From Priapulus caudatus (lineage: Eukaryota), in the NCBI RefSeq assembly GCF_000485595.1, contig NW_014577083.1:744111-786963 (forward strand): DNA of 42,853 bases, given 5' to 3'. Positions 10,103 to 21,785 of this stretch are shown here, in pieces. Below the pieces are notes generated by a model that saw nothing but the letters and a program-made list of their open reading frames with translations, made no database searches and was not told where the DNA came from. The position numbers and the translations under genes are program-made. Every line of letters begins with the position of its first letter. The stretch's first letter is position 1.

Positions 10103-10615
10103 TTACCTCCGCCAAGAGGTTGGCAGCAGGTTATGTTTTCACCGGTGGTGTGTGTTTGACTGTTTGTTGGTTTGTGGGTTTGTGGGTTTGTGTACAGCCT
10201 AACTGAAAAAGTTATGGACGGATTGTCATAAAATTTTCAGGATACGTCAGAAATCACCTAACTTAGAATTGATGAGATTTTCGTAGTGATCCGGATCCAA
10301 TTAATTAATTAAATTTTCAGGATAGTTCAGAAATGGAGTAACTTAGAATTGATTACATTTTGGTGGTGATCCGAATCCAATTAATTAATTAATAAAATTT
10401 CAGGATAGGTCAGAAATGGGGTAACTTAGAATTGATTACATTTTGGTAGTGATCCGGATCCAATTAATTATGAAGTAATTTATTAATAGATAATAAAAAA
10501 AATTGGACTTAAGTATATAAAGAAAGATTTACTTACTGAATCATAAAAAATTCACAAGATGAGACAAGGTCAGCGGCCTTGGCGGAGCGTCTGTGCCTCT
10601 CCGAGTGCTCTAGTT
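10103..10615 (+). mobile_element. Non-autonomous Helentron-associated element (HINE / DINE-1-like)
   Basis: 5' subTIR CTCCGCCAAG (10107-10116) with a nearby degenerate inverted copy TTGGCAGCAGGT (10120-10131); GTTT-type microsatellite (about 10150-10192); three 80-83-bp central repeats (10231, 10311, 10394); 3' subTIR CTTGGCGGAG (10578-10587); 3' imperfect hairpin GCCTCTCCGAGTGC then TCTAGTT; T-rich flanks and no TSD. Confidence 0.8.
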
Positions 10616-10957
10616 AATTATGAAGATTTATTATTTACAGTATGTTGTATTTTGCCTAGAGTAATTATCTATAACATGACCATAAACAAATTTCAGTAAC
10701 AAATTAATGTAAGTTTGCGTTATACAGCCGTGGTTAGATGAAGGCACGGATCCGGTCGACACGTGTACGAATTGGACGCACCGTTCACTTATTATTATTA
10801 TTATTCACTATTAGAATTAGCAATGTGAATGTCATATTGACGCCATAGTTTAGGAATTATGGTGAAATGGCTAGATTGTTTAGCATATAACTTGTAGTGT
10901 TTCGTCCGTTTTGGACACAAATCTACGCAACACATGTATTTACGCACGCACCCCACA

Positions 10958-10959
<2 letters not shown>

Positions 10960-11013
<54 letters not shown>
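10960..11013. repeat. (TA)27 microsatellite
   Basis: Perfect TA run. Confidence 0.98.
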
Positions 11014-11014
<1 letters not shown>

Positions 11015-12504
11015 TTATGCGTTCGATTATTTACCTTTTCAATTATACAGCTCTTGAGCATTTGCAAAGTTTAGAACGTTTATCACTGTTTTTTCGCATT
11101 GTAGGTAACAGAAACAAACGCTACGTTAAACTAATAAGCGACACGCGTATGACCTATACTGATTGAAAAAAACTTTCTCTGTGTTATAAAGCTAAACTCA
11201 AACATTCGATGAGCTAGTTAGCAGCTGAATTTCATATACTGGACCTGGTCACATATTGTGCCTGTTCTACTGCATAGCCATGGGAACATGGAATCTGCGC
11301 AACAAAATGTGTTTGTGACGAATGTAACTAACTTTACCACGAATGAATTCTTACGACTAATATATATACATAACGAATGGCATTTGCTTTTCCGGATTCT
11401 CATCTCAGAAACCGGCGCTGGTGTTAGTCAGAATATATACTATCTCTGGTGGACGATTGCTGAATCTGCTGTCGAGAGGCAGAAGCAGGCATGCAGATAA
11501 TGAAGCCTGGAACAATGGTTATAGACTATGTACCCGCGCATGACTGCGTGTAATATTCGTAGCTACAGGATAATGAAAGCGACGTGCATGAACCGTCACG
11601 CCACAGACTGCATGACGCACGCATGCATTCAGCTACAAGTACCTTCAGCCATATGGTATAAATTTCCACCCCGTGAAAAGGGTTTCCATCGGACATGCGC
11701 AGTGCGCAGCACAACTGGCGCACGCGAAATGATTTCATTGTCCATTTTCAGTGTTCCCGATGCAATGATCAAAGTACAGTCAAATATTAAAAACCAAAGG
11801 ATAAGCATAATGCTTTACATTAGATTTAAAAAAAATATGGCCGAGCAAAAAGTGTATACGTAGTAATGCAGCGCATATGTAATAGACGTACGCGTCATGC
11901 GTATAGACTACACATAGACGTATGTGTAGAAGTTCTGAGTGACAGCACGTGACGTCAGGTGTATCTGTGACTGTGGTGCTGCGACCTGCGAATGTCACAC
12001 AAGTGGCTAGAAGTACGGCGATGAACGCTTTACTGAAGCTCTCTGGGTACGTGGCCGGAGTGAATGCACACCATCGCGAGAAACGTGAATACGATTGCGA
12101 AATACGTAGCAACATAGCTACCCAGGCATCTGCAACATGTTGCAACGATGCAACTGCGCATACGATGCAACTGTGACATGCTGCAAAACATTAGTTGCAC
12201 TTTCTGACTAAAGACTAAAGTCTATTTGATCAGCTTGTCTCGTTCTGTCTTCGATATAGTCCCTTGGACTTTGACGACTATGATTTAAGAGGTTACGAGG
12301 TTACTGCGCATCATGCATCGGACGTTAGTTACCCATGCAGTCCATAGCGTATAGACCAAAACAGAACTACACACCACTGTCGACACTACCGATACGGTTA
12401 CTTACAATGTCCATCTATTTCGCTCTACTAACTGAGGAGATAAGTAGGTTCGATGCCCATGTTACCAATGACTCCGCGATATTATGAAAATATTCTTGCT
12501 GCTA

Positions 12505-12910
12505 CTTGCGATATGCATTGCGATACATTTTGCGATATAACTCACGTAATGCTTAGCGATATCTCTTGCGAGACACCTTACGATATATCTTGCGAAGTAC
12601 CTTGCCATCTACTTCACGATATATTTTGAGATGCGTCTTGCGATGCGCTTTTGTTTGTACTTTACGATGTACCTTTAAAGATGCACATTGGGGAAAACCC
12701 TTACGATATATCTTGCGTTTGTCTTACCATATAACTTGCGATATATCTTGCGATGTACTTTGCGATATATCTTGCGATGTACTTTGCGATGTATCTTGCG
12801 ATATATCTTGCGATATATCTTTCGATGTATCTTGCGATATATCTTCCGATGTATCTTGCGATATATCTTGCGATATACCTTGAGGTATACCTACCTTACG
12901 ACATATCTTG
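12505..12910. repeat. 12-bp minisatellite (TTGCGATATATC / TTGCGATGTATC / TTGCGATGTACT)
   Basis: Homogeneous core at about 12736-12878, degenerate on both sides; explains the LRYI/SCDI/SQDI ORFs. Confidence 0.92.
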
Positions 12911-13481
12911 TGTTGCCCCTTGAGATATTCTTGTTGATGCGATATATGTCCAGAACTTAACGTAACGATCTGGCTGCGACTCCATCGTCGATACAAACAT
13001 ACCTACATGCATGCTGCAGAGGCACTATGCTCGCTGAACCTACGCGATTTTGTTTAGAAATCCGGGATGACACGCGGGTGACGGCCGACTACCGTAGTGT
13101 CACATTTAAATGTTACAAACTTTAGTCGACACCCGAAAAGTGCCGCCGAGTGTATATACAGGCCCTGCGGTAAGGTAGGATAGTTGAAATCAAATTTTAG
13201 GGCGCTATTTCGCTATAATTGTGCAAGCATTGCGTAGGATGTGAATGCCAAAATTAGTTTCTACAAAATTATGCATTCACAATCATTAAGGTTTTGCAAT
13301 TCAAACGCCAATATCACAAATGTGACTAGGCAAAATCCACATTTTTGATGACTATTTCAACCAGAGAGTTTTCTATACGTTATAAATGTTACGTTGTTGC
13401 AATATCCATGTAAAATGTTGACAGTCAATTTCTGACAAATGACAGACTACTGTGTTAACCAGGCATAAAACAGGCAGCATT

Positions 13482-14225
13482 CAGTGGCGTATTCAGAAAT
13501 TTATGAACAGGAGGGCGAAATGTCCCTTCGCTGCCGCTGACAGGCTCGCGTGCTACGGCACGCCAGTGCGAAGGGGTCTTGGGGGCATGTTCCCCTAGAA
13601 AATATTGAAATATTTAAGGCCATTTTTCTGCAATCTGAGGCATACTGTGGGCCATATTCTGATGTCTGATGACATTATCTCACCAGACTCAACCCTACAA
13701 TTTAGGACTTAAAACACTGCATGATTTTAGAACGTAACAACCTGAGGTTAGGTTACTATAGGTAATAAAATAAATTAAAAGTAAGAATTGTATACACAAG
13801 CTATAACTTGATAAGTCTCATTAATACATTTAGGACCCATAAGTCCCATGTTTTAATGCACTAAAAAGAAAAACACACTTGATCATGATTAGCTCGATAA
13901 AAATGTCAGTGTGACAATTAGGCTACTAATAATTGCCACTGAGATTTCAGGTATTGATTGTGGTTCGGACCTTAAGCGTCCCCATGGGGTTTGCCAAGAG
14001 CAACTTTCGAGGCTTCCTTCTGATATAAAATGTTTGACCACAACTAAATTGCAAAAGGAGGTCCTGTCTGAGGCAAACAGAAGGAGGAGGCCGTTCAGTC
14101 TCACGTTACCCCTGAAGACACTCTGCTACTAAAAGTTGTTTTTTTTTCAAGTTTATTGGATTTTTTTTTGGGCGTGCAAACGGGGGGGGGGGCGTACCGC
14201 CGGCTTGCCTATGGATACGCCAGTG
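13482..14225. mobile_element. Non-autonomous TIR DNA transposon (hAT-like termini) with 5-bp TSD GCATT
   Basis: GCATT|CAGTGGCGTATTCA ... TGGATACGCCAGTG|GCATT, TIR 12/14 match; GC-rich subterminal blocks and internal GGGGGCATGTTCCCCTAGAAAATATTGAAA motif; no transposase ORF. Confidence 0.8.
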
Positions 14226-14998
14226 GCATTGTATGTGTTACATGCAGGAAGCAAGTCATTTGCTAGCATCATTGGCATTTTATGTTAGCGTATCTAGAGT
14301 TGCCATTGACACTATATTTACAGCTCGTTTAGTCATAACGAGAGGCACTGAATCAGCACCGTATCATTTTTAATTTGTCTTTTTAGCAAACTCGAACATG
14401 TTTCAAGTGACTGTCATGCGGATCGGTGACACTAACAACCACCTATTTGTTTCTATATATGTGTTAAGGGTTACATGTTAAGGGTAGGTGTGTGTACAGA
14501 TTCTAAGATACACGGTGTCTCTACGTGGTTATATACAAAAATTCTTTGTTTTATATATATTAGTATGCAGCATATTAGAGCTCCCCAATAAGTCATCAAA
14601 TAGTGATCATACTTAGTATGTTAGGTCGACACACCCGGTTTTTATTATGTGTTTAATGCATGCATATATGGCGTGCCTACATCTATTTCACGTGAATCTA
14701 AGCGGTTCATCATAACACAATACAAGTACCCCTCATAATGCATCAGGGAATTCTAATATATACACAATTAATTGATGTATATTAAGAAATAATATAGAGT
14801 TTGTGTGGGGGTGGGTGTAACTGAAACATTTACACGTGAAATAGATAGAGAATATGCTGCGTAGTTGTAGCGATATTGAAATACCTCATCGGGTTTTAAA
14901 TTTTAGAAACTCGTATAATTGTGTGACAATAGCAAGTAATTTCATTATACGCCCTGGCGCCATGCTTCCCTTCTCATCGTGCTGTTACTAGAAACACC

Positions 14999-15143
14999 AC
15001 GCTGTTCCCTCATGGCGTCATGCCCCCTTCTCCGCTCCTATCTCATTGTAGAATCACCACAAATACGCTGTTCCCTTATCCGCCATGCCTCCTCCTCCGA
15101 TCCCATCTCATTGCAGAGTCACCACAAATGTCACAAATACGCT
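14999..15143. repeat. 65-bp tandem repeat, about 2 units (4 units in the copy at 40532-40796)
   Basis: Unit ACGCTGTTCCCTCATCCGCCATGCCTCCTCCTCCGGTCCCATCTCATTGTAGAATCACCACAAAT. Confidence 0.85.
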
Positions 15144-15954
15144 AGTGAAACATGATGCGGTGGTTGGTGTATGACTCATCCGGCTAGCACTGCTGCGCGT
15201 GCGCATTGACGCAGGAATAGAGGCTGCTAGTGTATAACCTACCCGTCACACTATATAGCGTTCAAAAGATGTCACCGAGTTTCTCTTTATCGCCCGAATC
15301 ACGAGTGCCTCCTCTCTCAAACAGGCGAGTGGAACACGCTATACGTGAGCGCAGGTGGAGGAAGGTGGCTGAACCTGCGCAGTGACGCTGTGAAAGACAG
15401 CGTCGCCAATTGTCCTCAGCCCGTGCGCCCCTCGTACACAATCATTACATTCACCTCTCTGATGTGTAACTGGAATATTTCTGGCGGAGCGGTGCAAATT
15501 AATGCCATGCGTTCTTTTTTTTTCGCGGTAAGCTTCGCTCGTCTGCGGCTGACGCGTACGATGCAGCAGTGTATAGTGTCGTCCGCGCACTACCTGCCTA
15601 AAAACAACTCGTGTGTCAACACACCGGTCAAGTGCTGCGCGCAGAAGCATCTTTGTATTTAATTGCATGCAAAATATTTGCAGACGGGCTTAACGCGTAC
15701 GCCATATTCATTCGGCTGGCGAGTTTTAATTCCGTTTGGTTCAGCGACATCAGCTTACGCCGTCCTTCGCATGCCTGCCTCCGCTCAATGCTAGCCGCTC
15801 TTGATACAGCCAGCCATTCATGGCAGCCCTTTTACTTCTACTCGCAAAAGCACACAATTTTACACACCCGCTTGAATTGGCTACGGAGATTGCGCGTGCG
15901 CTGGGGGGCGGGGAATGCGGCGGTAGCGAAAGGGGGTCGCTGCGCCCGGGTAGA

Positions 15955-16028
15955 ATATATATGATATATATATATATTATTATATATAGATATAGATATA
16001 GATAGATATAGATATAGATATAGATATA
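15955..16028. repeat. (TA)n/(TAGATA)n microsatellite
   Basis: Direct inspection; repeated at about 26672-26726 and 29625-29702. Confidence 0.9.
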
Positions 16029-16433
16029 ATGAGCCACTGTTACGGACCGCACGACGGCCGCATTTGTTTCAAATGTCAAGTTGTACAACGCTGGGAAGTA
16101 ACACAGCCGCGAGGCACAAACCGATGCTGATGCTATTGACTGATGCTTCCATTCACCCCGGCTATATAAAAGCACGAGTCCCTGCGAGCAGCGGGTAGGT
16201 GTACCGCTATACTCCGCATGAACTTGCCGCCAGGCAACACACATGCTGCGCCTGTCGCGTACACTTCCCCGTTCTCGCGCTATAGATCCAGACAATAAGC
16301 TTCTAACCCGAACGAGACAGCGGCTGCTACTAGATGCGTTCTCATGTGTCTGCTTGCACACACATGCGCACACACACATGCGCACACACATTGGCACCGA
16401 CATCACGCGTCACACACGCCACACGCGCGCGCG

Positions 16434-16436
<3 letters not shown>

Positions 16437-16500
<64 letters not shown>
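16437..16500. repeat. (AC)n microsatellite
   Basis: Near-perfect AC run. Confidence 0.97.
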
Positions 16501-16502
<2 letters not shown>

Positions 16503-17429
16503 CCCGCCTGTGTGTTTCACGCAAACGCGTGTTCACCCCCCCCCCTCCGCCTTCCCTGCAGCTCGTCAGGGTTAGATTTACGCACTAGCCTTCATATTAC
16601 AAGCAACGATGTTGCGGTTGCTCGTATACCAGAGATCAGGCCGTGTGTGAACAGACTAACTCTATAAGCTGTACACAGCATGCCTCGCGGCTAGCTGCTT
16701 CTTATAGAACGCCAAACACGACGATTTTCCGTAATTACTAATAAATTCAAGCAATCGAAATTAATGAATTCAATCGTTCCACAACCATTATACGACTTGC
16801 ATGTAGGGTCACGATTAGACGAACGGATTTACACCAACCGCGGCACAGCTGGAGTAGGCTACACATGGATATTCGAGGGTAGTCGCTGTCCCTTATAGGT
16901 GTCTTCTTTTCACTAACACTTTACACCTATATTTACCTGTATATGAACGTAGAAAGGCCACGATACCGATGAAGAGTTTCTGATACGAAAGTAATTGTCT
17001 GATTGGGCACGCAACCGGTTACCTATCCGGATGCGCACGCGACAGACGCAGATACTGCGTAGAGCATCCATCACACAGCTTCACAACACGACTGTATATG
17101 AGCGGCGGCGGCGGCGGCGGCCTAGCTTGATCGTTATTCGTTATCGATCGTATATAACCTGCCATTAAACGTTACGCGACTTAATTCGTTCCCTCGGATC
17201 GAGTAACGAGATGTGTGTCTCCTTGCCTGCGTAAGGTAGGCCGGCCCTGATGTGATAGGATGCTGTCCCGTCATGGCAGCGCATGCGCACTGGTGGACAG
17301 TCAGCCGCTGCTCAGAATGACACTATCAAGTAATAGTGAAGATAGAGTAAAAGCGTAACACTAAGCTGTGTATAATAACAATATTATTATATGCAGCTGT
17401 TTTTATATGCAGGGTCCACGCGTACAGGA

Positions 17430-20400
17430 ATGACATGGTAAACACATACATAGGGCACACATATAGTGATGACAGGGTACACATATAGGGATGACATGAT
17501 ACACACATATACGGCGGACAGGGTGCACACATATAGGGATGACAGGGTGCACACATATAGTGATAACAGGGTACACACATATAGGGATGACAGGGTGCAC
17601 ACATATAGTGATAACAGGGTACACACATATAGGGATGACAGGGTGCACACATATAGTGATAACAGAGTACACACATATAGGGATGACAGGGTGCACACAT
17701 ATAGTGATAACAGAGTACACACATATAGGGATGACAGGGTGCACACATATAGGGATGACAAGTTACACATATATAGGGATGTACATCGTACACACGATAT
17801 AGGGATGACAGGGTACACATATAGGGGATGACACGGGTGCACACGAATATAGTGGATGACAGGGTGGCAGCATGATAGTGATACAGGGTGGGCACACATA
17901 ATAGGGATGACAAGGTAGCACATATATAGGGATGAACATGGTACACACATTATAGGGATGACAAGGGTAGCACACATATAGGGATGACAGGGTACACACA
18001 TATATGGTGATGTAATGGTACACGACATAATACGGCGGACCGGGTGCAAGCACATTATAGGGATGACAGGGTGGTCACACGATATAGTGATAACAGGGTG
18101 CAACACATAAGTAGGGATGACAAGGACACCCCAAAATTAAAATTGAAATAGGGATGAACATGGTACACACATCTAGGGATGACAGGTACAACATATAGGA
18201 TGACAGGGTAGCCACACATAATAGTGATGGACAGGTGCACACATATAGTGATTAACAGGCGTGCACACGATATATGGGAGTGACAAGGTACAGCATTATT
18301 AGGGATGACATGGTACACACATATAGGGATGACAGTTGGTAGCACACATTATACGGCGACAGGGTGCACAACATATAGGGATGAACAGGGTAGCACACAT
18401 AGTAGTGATAACAGGCGTGCACAATATAGGGATGATCATGGTGGCACTACATATATGATGAAGGGTACACACATCTAGAGATGACAGGGTACACAGTATA
18501 GGATGACAGGTGTAAGCACAGCATATAGGGATGACAGTGGTACACATATAGGATGAGCAGGGTACATCACATAATAGGGATAACAGGAGTAAGCAAAACA
18601 TATAGGATGACAGGGTAGCACTACATATAGGGATGACATGGTACACACATATAGGTGATACAGGGTGCCACATAAGGGATGACCCCACTGGTACATCACA
18701 TATAGGGATGACAGAGGTAGCACATATATGATAAGCAGGGTACACCAAGCATAGAGTGAAGTGACAGGGTTACATCACATATAGGGATGACAGGGTGCAC
18801 ACATATTAGGGAATGACAGGTAACAACATATAGTGATGACAGGGTACACACATATAGGATGACATGGTACACACATATAGGGATGACGAGGGTAACATAT
18901 ACGGAATAAAACCAGGTACACACATAGAGTGATGAACAGGGTACAACACAATATAGGGATCGACAGGGTACAGAACATACAATGAGTGATGACAGGGTAG
19001 CACACATATAGGGATGACAGGGTACACACATATAGTGATGACAGGCGTTCACGACATCATAGTGATGACAGGGTACACACATATAGTGTGAACAGGGTAC
19101 ACACATTATTAGGGATGAGCAGGGTAACACAATATATGGATGACAGTACACACATATAGGGATGGCAGGGGTACACACATATAGAGATGACAGGGTACAC
19201 ACATATAGGATACCACAGGGTGGCACACATATAGGGATGACAGGGTACACACATATAGATGACTAGGGTACACACATATAGGGATGACAGGCGTACACGA
19301 CATATAGGGATGACAGGGTAACACACATATAGGGATGACAGGGCTAACACACATATAGGGATGATAAGGTACACCATATATAGGATTGACATGGTACACA
19401 CCTATAGGGTGACAGGGTAGCACACATATAAGGGATGACAGGGTACACCATATAGGGATGACAGTTGTCACATAATAGAGATGACAGGGGTACACACATA
19501 TAGGTGATGACAGGGTACACACATATAAGGGACTTGACAGGTACACACCATATAATGATATCAGCGGTACACATATAGGGATTGACAGGTACATCACATA
19601 TAGTGACGACAGGGTGCACACGCTCATACGGGATGACAGGTGACACATATTAGTGAGACAGGGTACACATCATATAGTGATGATCAAGGTACACACCTAT
19701 AGTGTATGACAAGGTACACACATACTACGGGATGACCGGTTTCACATATAGGGATGACATGGGTACGCACACATATATTGGATGACAGGGTACACACATA
19801 TAGGGAATAGCAGAGTACACCATATAGGATGACAGGGTACACATATAGTGATCACAGGGTACACACATATAGGGATGACAGGGTACACACGATATAGGAT
19901 GACAGAGTACACCATATAAGGGATGACAGGGTACAGCATATATAGGGATGACAGAAGTAACACATATAAGGGACTGACAGGGTACAGCATATAGTGATCA
20001 ACAGGGTACAAGCACATATAGGGATGACAGGTTATCACACATATAGGGGTGACAGGGTGGCACACATATAGTGGATGACCAGTGTACACACATTATACGG
20101 AATAACAGGGTACACACATAGAGTGATGACAGGGTAACACATATTAGGGATGACAGGGTGCACCACATAATAGGAAGGACAGGGTACACAATATAGGGAT
20201 GGACAGGGTAACACACATATACGGGATGACATGGTGCACACATATTAGTGATGAGCAGGTACACATATATAGTGATAGAAGGGTGGCACACATATAGTTA
20301 ATGACAGGGTAGCACATATATAGTGAAGTGACAGGGTACACATATAAAGGCGATGACAGGGTAAGCACACATATAGGGATGACAGGGGTAGACACATTAT

Positions 20401-20745
20401 AGTGGTGACAGGGTGCATCACATATAAGTGATGACAGGGTACACAATATATAGTGATTTGACAGGTAAACTACATATATGGGATGACAGGGTCACACATA
20501 TAGGCGATGACGAGGGTGCACACATATAGGGATACAGGGTACACACATATATGGATCACAGGGTCACACATATAGTGATTGCACAGGGAGTATTAGCACA
20601 TATACGAGGTGACAGTTAACATATATAGGGATGACAGAGGTACACACATATAGCGGGTGACATAGGATAACACATAATTGATGAAGGGTACACAAATATA
20701 GGAATGATAAGGTACAGCCAATATAGGATGGAGACAGGGTAACAT
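17430..20745. repeat. 24-bp minisatellite array (TAGGGATGACAGGGTRCACACATA), about 3.3 kb, roughly 130 units
   Basis: Clean alternating monomers at 17510-17760; the remainder is the same unit with dense single-base indels. Confidence 0.97.
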
Positions 20746-20879
20746 GTTACAGGGCCTGATGTGATACCGTACTCAGGGCCTCATTATTACATACATAGCA
20801 GGGTTGACAGCAATAGAGCGTGTACATGGCCGCAGGGGCTATTAGACGTATGTACACGTTCACGCGAACAACCAGCCCC

Positions 20880-21095
20880 GCCACACCACGACACACCACA
20901 CACCAATCACACACACACCCACACACCACACACACAACACACACACATCAGCCACACAACACACACAGCTCACACCAGGCACACAACACACACCCAAAAC
21001 ACACACACACCAGTACACACACACCATGCGCACACACAACAACAGAACACAACGCACGGCCCGCACGCATGCACGCCACACACACATCACCACAG
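20880..21095. repeat. Noisy (CA)n tract
   Basis: CA repeat with scattered indels; repeated at 35358-35573. Confidence 0.85.
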
Positions 21096-21427
21096 CTGGC
21101 AAGCTATACGTGTATGGGGGTGACAGCAATACGCGTGTAATGGAGCGGCAGGGTATACAGGGATGGCATGAAGCGCGTGTATAAGTGGCTGAAGGATACA
21201 AACGTACAGGAATGACTGATCCACACCGCTTACAAGGCTCGCACGGGCCTGACATGAAGCATCTTACCGTGGCGTATACCAATCACTAAGTGAAGTAAAT
21301 CTAGCTAGATAGTGTTCGCAGGGCCTTGATCGACACCCTCTGTACGCTGCGGGAGTGGAGCTCTGACTGTCAATCACACATAAATATGCCCAAGGCGTGC
21401 ACGCCTAAAGGGAAGCCTAAAGCGAAA

Positions 21428-21650
21428 GAGATGTAGAGAGAGAAAGAAAGATATATATATATATAGAGAGAGAGAGAAGAGAGAGAGAGAAAGAAGAGAA
21501 GAGAGAAAGAAGAGAGAGAGAGAGAGAAAGAAAGAGAGAGAAAGGAAAGAGCTAGATAGATATAGATAGATAGATAGATAGATACGATCGATAGATAGAT
21601 AGATAGATAGATAGATAGTATAGATAGAATAGAATAAGATAGATGATAGA

Positions 21651-21694
<44 letters not shown>

Positions 21695-21785
21695 GATAGA
21701 TAGAATAGATAGATATGAATAGATAGATAGATAGATAGTATTAGATAGATAGATAGAAAAGTAGATGATATGATAGTATAGATAA
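21428..21785. repeat. (GA)n-rich then (GATA)n compound microsatellite
   Basis: The GATA part is noisy here and nearly perfect in the copy at 36031-36177. Confidence 0.93.

Noticed and set aside
13911..14132. 73-aa ORF inside the TIR element as a transposase remnant (ends ...ANRRRRPF)
   Set aside because: No recognisable catalytic or hAT dimerisation motif, and the frame is not preserved in the second copy.
18125..18148. Unique A-rich insert within the satellite (GACACCCCAAAATTAAAATTGAAA)
   Set aside because: It replaces about one half-unit and looks like a low-quality read burst; its copy near 32603 lies in the identically pasted tract and is not independent support.
17430..20745. CRISPR array or zinc-finger/metallothionein gene suggested by Cys/His-rich ORFs
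   Set aside because: Units are head-to-tail with no unique spacers, there are no cas genes, and the context is eukaryotic. Cys/His spacing does not fit C2H2 fingers and arises from the 24-bp unit.
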